Source: an uncultured Actinomycetota bacterium
GTDB lineage: Bacteria; Actinomycetota; Actinomycetes; Propionibacteriales; Nocardioidaceae
Assembly (NCBI GenBank): GCA_963808115.1
Contig: CAWEEN010000001.1
Span: forward strand, 59,742 to 123,741
DNA length: 64,000 bases
Direction: 5' to 3'
Shown here: positions 21,445-32,915 of the stretch, piece by piece
Layout: every line of letters begins with the position of its first letter
Position numbering within the stretch: position 1 is the first letter of the stretch
Notes under the pieces: generated by a model
Told to the model about the DNA's origin: nothing
The model's database searches: none
The model's input: the letters and a program-made list of their open reading frames with translations, nothing else
Program-made: the position numbers and the translations under genes

Positions 21445-22224
21445 CTACTCGCCGGCGCGGGTGAAGCCCGCGGCCTCGGCGGACTCGACGGTGTCGAACC
21501 ACACCTCCGCCACGGTCTGCTCGAACCACTGGCCGTCGGGCTCGTGGAACTTCATGGAGTCCTCGTTGCCCTTGATCGGGAAGCCCTCGGGAGCCTGCGA
21601 CTCGTCCTCCAGCAGCACGTGCGAGCCGGCGTACTTGCCGGCGAAGCCGCCCTCGGTCTCCTCGAAGACGTCGTTGTCGACGCCCTCGACCTCGACGACG
21701 GGCTCGAGGTCGACGGCCTCCGCCGAGGCGGCCACCGGGTCGGTCACGACCTCGGTGTCGTCGACGGTGGTCTCCTCGACCGGCTCGTCGGTCTGGGGGG
21801 CCGCGGTCTTCTGGGCAGCCGACTTCTTGGTCGCCGACTTGTCGGCGCGGGCCGACTTCGGCTCGTAGGCCTCGGTCACCAGCTCGATCACGGCCATCGG
21901 GGCGTTGTCGCCCTTGCGGGGGCCGATCTTGGTGATCCGGGTGTAGCCACCCGGACGCTCGGCGAAGGTCGGCGCGATCTCGGTGAACAGCACGTGGACG
22001 ACCGACTTGTCGCGCACGGTCTTGAGGACCTCACGACGGTTGTGCAGGTCGCCGCGCTTGGCCTTCGTGATCAGCTTCTCCGCGACCGGGCGCAGCACGC
22101 GCGCCTTGGCCTCGGTGGTGGTGATCCGGCGGTGCTCGAAGAGCTGGGTGGCCAGGTTGGCCAGGATCAGCCGCTGGTGGGACGGGCTGCCGCCGAGGCG
22201 GGGACCCTTCTTGGGCTTGGGCAT
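21445..22224 (-). CDS. rplQ: 50S ribosomal protein L17 with acidic linker and extra C-terminal domain
   Basis: [17 protein letters not shown]...[13 protein letters not shown], then about 140 extra aa ending IKGNEDS...[11 protein letters not shown]. Confidence 0.97.
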   Translation of the reverse strand: MPKPKKGPRLGGSPSHQRLILANLATQLFEHRRITTTEAKARVLRPVAEKLITKAKRGDLHNRREVLKTVRDKSVVHVLFTEIAPTFAERPGGYTRITKIGPRKGDNAPMAVIELVTEAYEPKSARADKSATKKSAAQKTAAPQTDEPVEETTVDDTEVVTDPVAASAEAVDLEPVVEVEGVDNDVFEETEGGFAGKYAGSHVLLEDESQAPEGFPIKGNEDSMKFHEPDGQWFEQTVAEVWFDTVESAEAAGFTRAGE

Positions 22225-22240
22225 GTCTCTCTCGGTTTCT

Positions 22241-22264
22241 CCCCGGCCGTGTCAGGTACCGGGG
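22241..22264 (-). promoter_or_regulatory. Candidate L17 r-protein leader hairpin
   Basis: CCCCGGT-ACCTGACACG-GCCGGGG just upstream of the rplQ RBS; resembles the L17-Actino-Proteobacteria leader as I recall it. Confidence 0.55.
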
Positions 22265-22324
22265 TAGATGGTGCTCTTGGTCTCAGGTGCCCCGCGTGTT
22301 CGGGGCTGGGTCACAAGCCGCCTT

Positions 22325-22338
22325 GCGAGCAAGCTCGC
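22325..22338. repeat. Palindromic repeat GCGAGCAAGCTCGC, copy 1
   Basis: Identical copy at 25177-25190; one-mismatch copy at 23488-23501. Confidence 0.75.
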
Positions 22339-22387
22339 TGCGGCCGCGCTCCTGTCGTCACGTGCCGGCTGACGCCGGCCCCTGACG

Positions 22388-23404
22388 TCAGTAGCTTTCG
22401 TCCTCGATGAACGCGTCGTCGTCGTCGTCGCCGTACGCCGCGAGGGCGGCCTGCGGGTCGAAGCCGGGAGCGCTGTCCTTGAGGGACAGACCCATCTCGT
22501 GCAGCTTCGCCTTGACCTCGTCGATCGACTTGGCGCCGAAGTTGCGGATGTCGAGCAGGTCCTGCTCCGAGCGCGAGATGAGCTCGCCCACGGTGTGGAT
22601 GCCCTCGCGCTTGAGGCAGTTGTAGGACCGCACGGTCAGCTGCAGGTCCTCGACCGGGAGGGCGAGGTCGGCAGCGAGCTGCTCGTCGACCGGCGACGGG
22701 CCGATGTCGATGCCCTCGGCCTCGACGTTGAGCTCGCGGGCCAGCCCGAACAGCTCGACCAGGGTCTTGCCGGCCGAGGCGATGGCGTCGCGGGGCTTCA
22801 TCGAGGGCTTGGTCTCGACGTCGATGACCAGCTTGTCGAAGTCGGTGCGCTGCTCGACACGGGTCGCCTCGACCTTGTAGGTCACCTTCAGCACGGGGCT
22901 GTAGATCGAGTCGACCGGCATCCGGCCGATCTCGTTGTCGGCGCCCTTGTTCTGGACCGCCGAGACGTAGCCGCGGCCGCGCTCGACCACGAGCTCCATC
23001 TCCAGCTTGCCCTTGTCGGACAGGGTGGCGATCTTGAGGTCGGGGTTGTGCACCTCGACACCGGCCGGCGGCTGGATGTCACCGGCGGTGACCTCACCCG
23101 CACCCGACTTGCGCAGGTACATGGTCACGGGCTCGTCGTGCTCCGAGGAGACGACCAGGCCCTTGAGGTTCAAGATGATCTCGGTGACGTCTTCCTTCAC
23201 GCCCTCGATCGTCGAGAACTCGTGCAGGACGCTGTCGATCTTGATGCTCGTGACCGAGGCACCGGGGATCGACGACAGGAGGGTACGGCGCAGGGAGTTG
23301 CCGAGCGTGTAGCCGAAGCCCGGCTCCAGGGGCTCGATGACGAACCGCGAGCGGAACTCGTCGACGGACTCTTCCGACAGGGTCGGGCGCTGTGCGATGA
23401 GCAC
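22388..23404 (-). CDS. rpoA: RNA polymerase alpha subunit
   Basis: LIAQRPTL...[23 protein letters not shown]; SD GAAAGGAAAG. Confidence 0.98.
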   Translation of the reverse strand: MLIAQRPTLSEESVDEFRSRFVIEPLEPGFGYTLGNSLRRTLLSSIPGASVTSIKIDSVLHEFSTIEGVKEDVTEIILNLKGLVVSSEHDEPVTMYLRKSGAGEVTAGDIQPPAGVEVHNPDLKIATLSDKGKLEMELVVERGRGYVSAVQNKGADNEIGRMPVDSIYSPVLKVTYKVEATRVEQRTDFDKLVIDVETKPSMKPRDAIASAGKTLVELFGLARELNVEAEGIDIGPSPVDEQLAADLALPVEDLQLTVRSYNCLKREGIHTVGELISRSEQDLLDIRNFGAKSIDEVKAKLHEMGLSLKDSAPGFDPQAALAAYGDDDDDAFIEDESY

Positions 23405-23417
23405 TTGTTCTTTCCTT

Positions 23418-23449
23418 TCCGAGCCCACCCGCTATATGACGGACTCAGA
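23418..23449 (-). promoter_or_regulatory. Hairpin immediately upstream of the rpoA RBS
   Basis: TCTGAGTCC-GTCATATAGCGGGT-GGGCTCGGA, 9-bp stem with G-U pairs. Confidence 0.5.
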
Positions 23450-23557
23450 TCTTCTGGTGGTGGCGGTGTGGAGTTGTCGGGCGCCGCGCGAGCAGGCTCG
23501 CGGCGGCTGTCGCGGTGGGCGCCTCGTCCCGGCAGTGCCGGGTCGAGGCGACCTGGA

Positions 23558-24166
23558 TCACTTCTTGGAGTAGTACTCGACGATCAGCTGCTCTTGGACC
23601 GGGATGTCGATCTGGGCGCGCACCGGCACCTGGTGCACGAGGGCGCGCATGCGGCCCGGGAGCACCTGGAGCCACGCCGGCACGACGCGCTCGCCGTGGG
23701 TCTCGCGGGCGACGATGAACGGCGTCATCTCCAGCGACTTCTCGCGCACGTCGATGATGTCGTACTGGCTGACCTGGAACGACGGGATGTCGACCTTGTG
23801 GCCGTTGACCAGGAAGTGGCCGTGGCTCACGAGCTGGCGAGCGTGACGACGCGTGCGGGCGAAGCCGGCCCGGTAGACGACGTTGTCGAGGCGGCACTCG
23901 AGCAGCTGCAGCAGGTTGTCACCCGTCTTGCCCTGCCGACGCGAGGCCTCGGTGTAGTAGTTGTGGAACTGCTTCTCGAGGATGCCGTAGGTGTAGCGGG
24001 CCTTCTGCTTCTCGCGGAGCTGAAGCAGGTACTCGCTCTCCTTGATCCGTCCGCGGCCGTGCTGGCCGGGAGGGTAGGGGCGACGCTCGAACGCCGAGTC
24101 GCCGCCGACGAGGTCGATGCCGAGACGGCGCGACTTCTTGGTCATGGGGCCGGTGTAACGGGCCAT
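23558..24166 (-). CDS. rpsD: 30S ribosomal protein S4
   Basis: MARYTGP...PPGQHG...LECRLDNVVYR...IVEYYSK. Confidence 0.98.
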   Translation of the reverse strand: MARYTGPMTKKSRRLGIDLVGGDSAFERRPYPPGQHGRGRIKESEYLLQLREKQKARYTYGILEKQFHNYYTEASRRQGKTGDNLLQLLECRLDNVVYRAGFARTRRHARQLVSHGHFLVNGHKVDIPSFQVSQYDIIDVREKSLEMTPFIVARETHGERVVPAWLQVLPGRMRALVHQVPVRAQIDIPVQEQLIVEYYSKK

Positions 24167-24209
24167 TTCTCACAAACTCCTAGATCTCGTGCTCGTGCTG
24201 ACGACGGGG

Positions 24210-24611
24210 TCAGACGCGGCGGCGCTTCGGCGGGCGGCAACCGTTGTGCGGCGTCGGGGTCACGTCCTGGATGGTGCCGACCTCGAGGCCGATCGCACCC
24301 AGGGACCGGATCGCGGTCTCGCGGCCCGAACCCGGACCCTTGACGAACACGTCGATCTTCTTCATGCCGTGGTCCATCGCCCGACGTCCGGCGGCCTCTG
24401 CGGCCATCTGCGCGGCGAACGGGGTGGACTTGCGCGAGCCCTTGAAGCCGACGGTGCCGGCCGAGGCCCACGAGATCACCGCGCCCGTGGGGTCGGTGAT
24501 GGTGACGATGGTGTTGTTGAACGTGCTCTTGATGTGAGCCTCGCCCTGGGCGACGTTCTTCTTCTCCTTGCGGCGCACCTTCTTGGCGCCGGTACGACTC
24601 TTCGGGGGCAT
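24210..24611 (-). CDS. rpsK: 30S ribosomal protein S11
   Basis: [37 protein letters not shown]. Confidence 0.98.
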   Translation of the reverse strand: MPPKSRTGAKKVRRKEKKNVAQGEAHIKSTFNNTIVTITDPTGAVISWASAGTVGFKGSRKSTPFAAQMAAEAAGRRAMDHGMKKIDVFVKGPGSGRETAIRSLGAIGLEVGTIQDVTPTPHNGCRPPKRRRV

Positions 24612-24991
24612 TACTTGGCCTTCTTCTTGCCGGCGACGGTGCGCTTGGGGCCCTTGCGGGTACGGGCGTTGGTCTTGGTGCGCTGACCGCGGACCGGGAG
24701 GCCCTGGCGGTGGCGACGACCCTGGTAGCTGCCGATCTCGATCTTGCGACGGATGTCGGCCTGGACCTCACGACGGAGGTCACCCTCGATCTTGATCTCC
24801 TCGTTGCCCTCGATGGCGTCGCGGAGCTTGACCAGCTCTTCGTCGCCGAGCTCGTGGACGCGGAGGTCGGGGTTCACCCCGGTCGCGGTGAGGAGCTGCT
24901 GGGCGCGGGTACGGCCGATGCCGTAGATGTAGGTGAGTGCCACCTCGATGCGCTTGTCGCGCGGGAGGTCGACACCGACGAGGCGTGCCAT
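24611..24991 (-). CDS. rpsM: 30S ribosomal protein S13
   Basis: [14 protein letters not shown]...[18 protein letters not shown]. Confidence 0.98.
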   Translation of the reverse strand: MARLVGVDLPRDKRIEVALTYIYGIGRTRAQQLLTATGVNPDLRVHELGDEELVKLRDAIEGNEEIKIEGDLRREVQADIRRKIEIGSYQGRRHRQGLPVRGQRTKTNARTRKGPKRTVAGKKKAK

Positions 24992-25097
24992 GGGTGTGGC
25001 GTTTCCCTTCGGTTGGTTCACAGCGGTTTCGGTCGTGTCGCGTCGGGTCCGCCTCGGACCCGCTCCGGCCACTGCTCCGGAGGTGGCTTCACTGATC

Positions 25098-25121
25098 TCG
25101 TCGGTCGAGCCTGTCGAGACC
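25098..25121. repeat. REP-like element, exact reverse complement of 61063-61086
   Basis: TCGTCGGTCGAGCCTGTCGAGACC (24 nt). Confidence 0.8.
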
Positions 25122-25243
25122 AGCTAGCGATCACGTTGTGGTGGTGCTTGTTCAGTTGTGGCGGTCAGGCTCCCTCGCGAGCAAGCTCGCTACGGGGTCG
25201 ATCCGACTGGAAGCCCGAACGTCGTTCGGTCTTCCAGGGCGGA

Positions 25244-25357
25244 TCATCCTTGCCGTTGCTTGTGGCGGGGGTTCTCGCAGATCACCATGACGCGGCCGTG
25301 GCGACGGATCACCTTGCACTTGTCACAGATCTTCTTGACGCTCGGGTTGACCTTCAT
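25244..25357 (-). CDS. rpmJ: 50S ribosomal protein L36, zinc-ribbon type; missing from the ORF track
   Basis: [37 protein letters not shown]. Confidence 0.97.
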   Translation of the reverse strand: MKVNPSVKKICDKCKVIRRHGRVMVICENPRHKQRQG

Positions 25358-25385
25358 GTCAGCCCTTTCTGGCTCGTTCGGCGGC

Positions 25386-25607
25386 TTACTTGTAGCGGTA
25401 GACGATGCGACCCCGCGTGAGGTCGTACGGCGAGAGCTCCACCACCACGCGGTCCTCGGGGAGGATCCGGATGTAGTGCTGGCGCATCTTGCCGCTGATG
25501 TGGGCCAGGACCTTGTGACCGTTGCTCAGCTCGACCCGGAACATCGCGTTCGGGAGAGCCTCGACGACGGTGCCCTCGATCTCGATCACACCTTCTTTTT
25601 TCGGCAT
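25386..25607 (-). CDS. infA: Translation initiation factor IF-1
   Basis: [20 protein letters not shown]...AHISGKMR. Confidence 0.98.
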   Translation of the reverse strand: MPKKEGVIEIEGTVVEALPNAMFRVELSNGHKVLAHISGKMRQHYIRILPEDRVVVELSPYDLTRGRIVYRYK

Positions 25608-25909
25608 GTCCTCACTTCTGGTCGCTGGATGGCTCGTCTACCGTCGACCCGGGAACCTCCGAAGCCCCGTCGAACGGGGCGCCGGTGGACCTCTCGTGGT
25701 CGCTGCGCGCGCCTCATTCCCGACGCGCACACGACGATTCAGACGTTGTCGTGAGATGGTCCGGGCAGCCGCGAGGCACCGCGAAGCAGACCCAAGTTGG
25801 GCCGACACGCCAGTTTAGGTCGAAGGGGGTCGCAACCCCTAATCCGGCGGCGGCCTCGCCGCCCCCTGGCGGCTGGGCTAGCGTGGCGGCCCGACCCCGA
25901 GGAGCCCGC

Positions 25910-26692
25910 GTGCCCGAGCCTGCCACCCGGATGGCTGTCCTGATCGACGCCGACAACACCTCAGCCTCTCACGCCGCAGCCATCCTGGAAGAACTCGCGC
26001 GCTACGGCGTCCCGACGGTCAAGCGCGCCTACGGCGACTGGACGACGCAGAACCTGGTCAGCTGGAAGGCCGAGCTCCACCGGCACGCGATCCAGCCGGT
26101 CCAGCAGTTCGCCTACACGACCGGCAAGAACTCCACCGACTCGGCGCTGATCATCGACGCGATGGACCTGCTCTACTCCGGCAACCTCGACGCGTTCGCG
26201 ATCGTCTCCAGCGACTCCGACTTCACCCGCCTCGCCACCCGGCTGCGGGAGTCCGGGACGACGGTCTACGGCCTCGGCCGGCGCCGTACGCCACCGTCGC
26301 TGGTGGCGGCCTGCGACAAGTTCATCTTCCTCGAGGTGCTCGGCCGGGAGGAGGAGGACGCGCCCGCCGAGGAGGCGGACCCGGGCGAGCCGCCGCGGCT
26401 GCCCGACCTCAAGCGGATCCTCACGCGGGCCGTCGAGACGTCGTCCCAGGACGACGGCTGGGCGTCGCTCGGCCAGGTCGGTACCTACCTGTCGAACACC
26501 CATGCGTCGTTCGACCCGCGCAACTACGGCTTCTCCAAGCTCAGTCTCCTCGCCCGCGCGCAGCCCTATCTCGAGGTGGAGCAGAAGGACGGCCGGGCGC
26601 CGCGGGTACGGCTGAAGTCCACGGCGCCGGCGAAGAAGACCACGAGGTCCTCGACCCGGACGACGGCGAAGAAGACCGCCAAGAAGGCCTAG
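25910..26692 (+). CDS. NYN (LabA/PIN-like) domain protein with C-terminal OST-HTH/LOTUS domain
   Basis: AVLIDADN, KRAYGDW, GKNSTDSALIIDAMD, SSDSDF, FDPRNYGFSKLS; SD GAGGAG before the GTG. Confidence 0.88.
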   Translation: MPEPATRMAVLIDADNTSASHAAAILEELARYGVPTVKRAYGDWTTQNLVSWKAELHRHAIQPVQQFAYTTGKNSTDSALIIDAMDLLYSGNLDAFAIVSSDSDFTRLATRLRESGTTVYGLGRRRTPPSLVAACDKFIFLEVLGREEEDAPAEEADPGEPPRLPDLKRILTRAVETSSQDDGWASLGQVGTYLSNTHASFDPRNYGFSKLSLLARAQPYLEVEQKDGRAPRVRLKSTAPAKKTTRSSTRTTAKKTAKKA

Positions 26693-26694
26693 CT

Positions 26695-27679
26695 TCAGGC
26701 CGGGGCGCCCCCGCGTCGGCGGTCGGCGACGAGGCTGGCCACGGTGGTGATCGCCAGGGTGCCGATGATGACGGCCAGCGAGACCCAGATCGGGACGTCG
26801 GGCGCCCAGTCGACCGGGTCGCCGCCGTTGACGAACGGCAGCGTGTTCTCGTGCAGGGCGTGCAGGATCAGCTTCACGCCGATGAACAGGAGCAGGAACG
26901 CGAGTCCGTAGGAGAGGTAGACCAGCCTCTTCAGCAGGTCGCCGATCAGGAAGTAGAGCTGGCGCAGCCCCATCAGCGCGAAGATGTTGGCGGTCAGCAC
27001 GAGGTAGGGCTCGTCGGTCAGGCCGTAGATCGCGGGGATCGAGTCGAGCGCGAACAGCAGGTCGGTGACGCCCAGGGTCAAGATCACCAGGAACATCGGG
27101 GTGAACATCCGCGAGCCGTTCTCCCGCACGGTCAGCTTCGGGCCGTTCCAGCTCTCGGTGAACGGAAGGTGCCGGCGCGCCCAGCCCACCAGCCGCGGCT
27201 CGTCGTACCCGCCCTCGTCGTCGCCGGCCTCGCGCCACAGGTTGACGGCGGTCATGACCAGGAAGAATCCGAAGATGTAGAAGACCCAGCTGAACTGTGC
27301 GATCGCAGCCGCCCCGACCGCGATGAAGATGCCGCGCAGGACCAGCGCGAGCACGATCCCGACCATCAGCGCGCTCTGCTGGAGCTCTCGCGGGACGGCG
27401 CAGCTTGCCCATGATCACGATGAAGATGAAGAGGTTGTCGACCGAGAGGGAGTACTCCGTGAGCCAGCCGGCGAAGAACTCACCGCCGTACTGGCTCCCG
27501 GCGAAGTACCAGACCCCGAGGCCGAAGACGACGGCGAGGCCGATGTAGACGACCAGCGCCACCACCACCTCGCGCCGCGAGGGCTCGTGCGGCCGCCGGC
27601 CGATCACGAAGACGTCGAAGACCAGGATCGCGGACGTCACGAGGATGGTGGTCCACCAGACCAGGGGCGTCACGTGCAT
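26695..27679 (-). CDS. TerC/Alx family membrane protein (indel near 27395)
   Basis: FFAGWLTEYSLSVDNLFIF, DLLFALDSIPAIYG, ANIFALMGLRQLYF. Confidence 0.9.
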
Positions 27680-27719
27680 GCGGCGAACCTATCGAGGGCG
27701 ACGAAACCCCACGAAGACC

Positions 27720-28559
27720 TCAGACAGCGCCCTCGGGAGCGCCGTAGGGCACGCCGAGCGCGGCCAGCCGGGCGGCACCGCCGTCGAGCGCGGTGAGCAC
27801 CCAGGCGCCGTCGGGGGTGAGGGTGAAGGTGTGCTCGAAGTGCGCCGCCATCGACCCGTCCGCGGTGCCGACCGTCCAGTCGTCGTCGAGGACGTCGGTC
27901 TCGCTGGTGCCGAGGGTGACCATCGGCTCGACCGCGAGCGCCAGGCCCGGGACCAGCTTGGGGCCCGCGCCCGGCTCGCCCGACGTTGGGCACGTTGGGC
28001 GGCATGTGCATCGCGGTGCCGATGCCGTGGCCGACGTAGTCCTCGAGGATGCCGTAGCCACCGCGCGCCCGGACGGTGGTCTCGACCGCGTGGGAGATGT
28101 CGGTGACCCGGCCGCCCAGCCGAGCGGCCGCGATCCCGGCCCACAGGGCGTCCTCGGTGACCCGCATCAGCTCGGTGACCTCGTCGGGGACCTCGCCGAT
28201 CGCGACGGTGATCGCCGCGTCGCCGTGCCAGCCCTCGACGATCGCGCCGCAGTCGATGGAGATCACGTCGCCGTCGCGCAGCACCCGGTCGCCGGGGATG
28301 CCGTGCACGACCTCGTCGTTGACCGACGCGCAGATCGTCGCCGGGAACGGCGGGTGGCCGTAGCCCAGGAACGACGGCACGCCGCCGTGGGAGCGGATGT
28401 TCTCCTCGGCGAGCCGCGTCGAGCTCGCCGGTGGTGACACCGGGACCGGCCGCCTCGCGCAGCAGCTCGAGCGTCTGCCCGACCAGCAGCCCGGCCCGGC
28501 GCATCAGCATCGATCTGGTCCGGCGTCTTGATCTCGACGCCGCGGTCGAGCAGGCCCAT
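27720..28559 (-). CDS. map: Methionine aminopeptidase type I (frameshifted)
   Basis: [43 protein letters not shown]. Confidence 0.93.
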
Positions 28560-28571
28560 CAGCCGGCCTGC

Positions 28572-29150
<579 letters not shown>

Positions 29151-30449
29151 CTAGCGCAGGAACCCTTCGTAGTTGCGCTGCTGGAGCTGGCTCTCGATCT
29201 GCTTCACCGTGTCCAGCGCGACGCCGACCATGATCAGGATGCGAGGTACCACCGAACGGGAAGTTCTGGTCGGCACCGATCAGCACGAAGGCGATCAGCG
29301 GGATCAGGGCGATCAGACCGAGGTACAGCGCGCCTGGCAGCGTGATGCGGGACAGGACGTAGGACAGGTAGTCCTCGGTCGGCTTGCCCGCCCGGATCCC
29401 GGGGATGAAGCCGCCGTACTTCTTCATGTTGTCCGCCACCTCTTCAGGGTTGAAGGTGATCGACACGTAGAAGTAGGTGAAGAAGACGATCAGCGCGAAG
29501 AACGTGATCATGTAGAGCGGGTGGTCACCGCGGACGAAGTACTTCTGGATCCAGACCGACCAGCCCGGGTCGGCGTGTCTGGTTGAACTGCGAGGCCATC
29601 GCCGGCAGGTAGAGCAGCGAGGAGGCGAAGATGACCGGGATGACGCCGGCCTGGTTGACCTTGAGCGGGATGTACGTCGAGGTGCCGCCGAACATCTTGC
29701 GGCCCACCATCCGGCGGGCGTACTGCACCGGGATCCGGCGCTGCGCCTGCTCGATGAAGATGACGGCGGCGATGATGACCAGGCCGATCGCGATCACCAC
29801 GCCGAAGATCCACCAGCCCTTGGACTTCTGCACGCGCCCACAGCGACGTCGGGAAGCGGGCGACGACCTGGGTGAAGATCAGGATCGACATGCCGTTGCC
29901 GATGCCGCGGTCGGTGATCAGCTCGCCGAGCCACATGATCACCGCGGTGCCGGCGGTCATGGTGATGACCATGATCAGGAACGTCAGGTGTTGTCGTTGT
30001 AGAGCAGCGGGTCTTGTGTGCAGCCCTGCAGCAGGTTGCCCGAGCGGGCCAGCGCCACGATGCCGGTCGCCTGGAGGAGCGCCAGGCCGAGCGTCAGGTA
30101 GCGGGTGTACTGGGTGATCTTGGTCTGGCCGGCCTGGCCCTCCTTCTTCAGGGCCTCCAGCCGCGGGATCACCACGACGAGCAGCTGCAGGATGATGCTG
30201 GCGGTGATGTAGGGCATGATCCCGAGCGCGAAGATCGTCAGCTGGAGCAGCGCGCCGCCGGAGAAGACGTTGATCAGGTTGTAGACGCCGCCGGTGGCGC
30301 CCTGGATGCACTGGTGGACGTTGGCGACGTTCACGCCCGGGGCGGGGATCTGCGAGCCGAGCCGGAAGATCACGATGATCGAACAGGACGAACAACAGCT
30401 TCTTGCGCAGGTCCGGAGTCCGGAACGCGTTGACGAATGCGCCTAGCAC
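29151..30449 (-). CDS. secY: Preprotein translocase SecY (frameshifted)
   Basis: [48 protein letters not shown]. Confidence 0.95.
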
Positions 30450-30658
30450 TGCAATCCTCTTTCTTGGTCTCGCGCCACCGCATGGACCGGTTGTGACTGC
30501 GCACGCCCGAGCGACGGCGTCGGGCCCTCGTGCGCCTCCGCGAAGGCCGCCGGAAGCCTAACAGGGGCCCACGACAGCCGTATCGGACGTCGGCGGACCG
30601 CGCGAGGCGCGGACCCGGCGGGCTGGTGCCCGCCCGGACCGCGCCTGGTGCGCTGGCG

Positions 30659-31101
30659 TCAGACGACGGTGGTGGTGCCGCCGGCAGCCTCGATCTTCTC
30701 CTTGGCGGAGCCGGAGAACGCGTTGGCGCTGACCTGGACGGCGACCGACGAGGTCGCCCTGGCCGAGCACCTTGACCGGCTGGCCCTTGCGGACCGCGCC
30801 CTTGGCGACGAGGTCGTCGACGCCACGGCGCCGCCCTCGGGGAACAGCTCGCCGAGCCGGTCGCAGGTTGACGACCTGGAACTCGACCCTGAAGGGGTTC
30901 TTGAAGCCCTTCAGCTTGGGCAGGCGCATGTGCAGGGGCATCTGGCCGCCCTCGAACGCACGCGGGCACCTGGTAGCGGGCCTTGGTGCCCTTGGTGCCG
31001 CGGCCGGCGGTCTTGCCCTTGGAGCCCTCACCGCGACCCACGCGGGTCTTGGCGGTCTTGGCACCCGGGGCCGGGCGCAGGTGGTGCAGCTTCAACGTCA
31101 T
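30659..31101 (-). CDS. rplO: 50S ribosomal protein L15 (frameshifted)
   Basis: [15 protein letters not shown]...[28 protein letters not shown]. Confidence 0.93.
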
Positions 31102-31104
31102 GAG

Positions 31105-31288
31105 TCACTCGACCTCCTCGACCGTCACCAGGTGACGGACGGTCTGGACCATGCCGCGGATCTCCGGGCGGTCCTCCTTGACGACCACGTCGCCGATCCG
31201 CTTGAGACCGAGCGAGCGCAGGGTCTCGCGCTGGTTGGCCTTGCAGCCGATGGCGGACTCTTGGCTGCTGGACCTTCAGCTGTGCCAT
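31105..31288 (-). CDS. rpmD: 50S ribosomal protein L30 (frameshifted)
   Basis: MAQLKVQ...[29 protein letters not shown]. Confidence 0.9.
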
Positions 31289-31910
31289 CAGCGCGCCACC
31301 TCCTCGGCCGACGCCCGTCGGGCGCCTCGGCCTGCGCCTTGCAGCAGCGCCGCCGGGGCGACGTGCTCGACCGGCAGACCACGGCGCGCGGCGACGGCCT
31401 CGGGCTGCTCGAGCATGCGCAGCGCCTCGACCGTGGCGTGGACGATGTTGATCTGGTTGGACGAGCCGAGCGACTTGCTCAGGACGTCGTGGATGCCGGC
31501 GCACTCGAGGACGGCGCGCACCGGGCCACCGGCGATCACACCGGTACCGGGAGCGGCCGGGCGCAGCATGACCACGCCGGCGGCCTTCTCACCCTGGACC
31601 GGGTGCGGGATGGTGCCCTGGATCCGGGGGACGCGGAAGAAGGCCTTCTTGGCCTCCTCGACACCCTTGGCGATCGCCGCGGGCACCTCCTTGGCCTTGC
31701 CGTAGCCGACGCCGACCATGCCGTCACCGTCGCCGACGACCACGAGGGCGGTGAAGCTGAAGCGACGACCACCCTTGACGACCTTGGCGACGCGGTTGAT
31801 CGCGACGACGCGCTCGATGTATGGCTCTTCTCGGCGCCGCCCGCGACGGTCGTCGCGGCCGCCACCCGGCGATCGCCACCCGCGCGCTGTCCGCGCTGGG
31901 GTCCGCTCAT
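31288..31910 (-). CDS. rpsE: 30S ribosomal protein S5 (frameshifted)
   Basis: [35 protein letters not shown]. Confidence 0.94.
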
Positions 31911-31956
31911 GAGATGTCCTCTTCCTTGATAAGTCCGCTGTGGTCGTGCGTGGCCA

Positions 31957-32343
31957 TCAGAAGGTCAGCCCGCCCTCGCGGGCGGCGTCGGCGAGGGCCG
32001 CGACGCGGCCGTGGTACTTGTTGCCCGCGCGGTCGAAGACGACGGACTCGATGCCGGCGGCCTTCGCCCGCTCGGCGACCAGCTCGCCGACCTTCTTGGC
32101 CTTGGCGGTCTTGTCGCCCTCGAGCGACGCGCAGGTCGGCCTCCATGGTGGACGCCGAGACCAGCGTCTTGCCCACGCAGGTCGTCGACGACCTGGACGC
32201 TGATGTGCTTCGACGACCGGGTCACCACCAGGCGCGGACGCTCGGCGGTGCCGGAGATCTTCTTGCGACCGCGGACCTGACGCGTGCAGGCGCGCCTTCG
32301 TCCGCGACGCGGTGTGCTTGTGCTTGGAGAGTGAGATCGCCAT
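31957..32343 (-). CDS. rplR: 50S ribosomal protein L18 (frameshifted)
   Basis: [41 protein letters not shown]. Confidence 0.93.
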   Translation of the reverse strand: MAISLSKHKHTASRTKARLHASGPRSQEDLRHRRASAPGGDPVVEAHQRPGRRRPAWARRWSRRPPWRPTCASLEGDKTAKAKKVGELVAERAKAAGIESVVFDRAGNKYHGRVAALADAAREGGLTF

Positions 32344-32345
32344 GG

Positions 32346-32887
32346 TCACTTACCAGCCTTTCCGACCTTGCGGCGGATGTGTTCGCCGGCGTAGCGCACG
32401 CCCTTGCCCTTGTAGGGCTCGGGCTTGCGCAGCTTGCGGATGTTGGCGGCAACCTCGCCGACCAGCTGCTTGTCGATGCCCTGGACGCCGAGCCGGGTGG
32501 GGCTCTCCACCGTGAAGGTGATGCCCGTCGGGGGCGTTGAACGTGATCGAGTGGCTGTAGCCGAGCTGGAACTCCAGCTGGGTCGGGCCCTTGGACAGGA
32601 CGCGGTAGCCCACGCCCACGATCTCGAGCTTCTTCTCGTAGCCCTCGGTGACACCGACGACCATGTTGTTGACCAGCGTGCGGGTCAGGCCGTGACGGGC
32701 ACGGCTCTCCCGCTCGTCGTCGGGACGGGTCGACGCTGAGGACGCCGTCGTCCTTCTCCACGGTGATCGGGGTGACGACGGTGTGGCTCAGGGTGCCCTT
32801 GGGGCCCTTGACCGTCACCAGCGGGCCGTCGATCGCGACGTCGACACCCGAGGGCACGACGACCGGCATTCTTCCGATGCGCGACAT
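32346..32887 (-). CDS. rplF: 50S ribosomal protein L6 (frameshifted)
   Basis: MSRIGRMPV...[19 protein letters not shown]. Confidence 0.93.
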
Positions 32888-32915
32888 GCTCAGTTTCTCC
32901 TTCTCGGCTCTCGGG

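Noticed and set aside
27680-27719. yybP-ykoY riboswitch before terC
   Set aside because: Only 40 bp separate map and terC, and a TAGGTT -10 lies 6 nt from the ATG.
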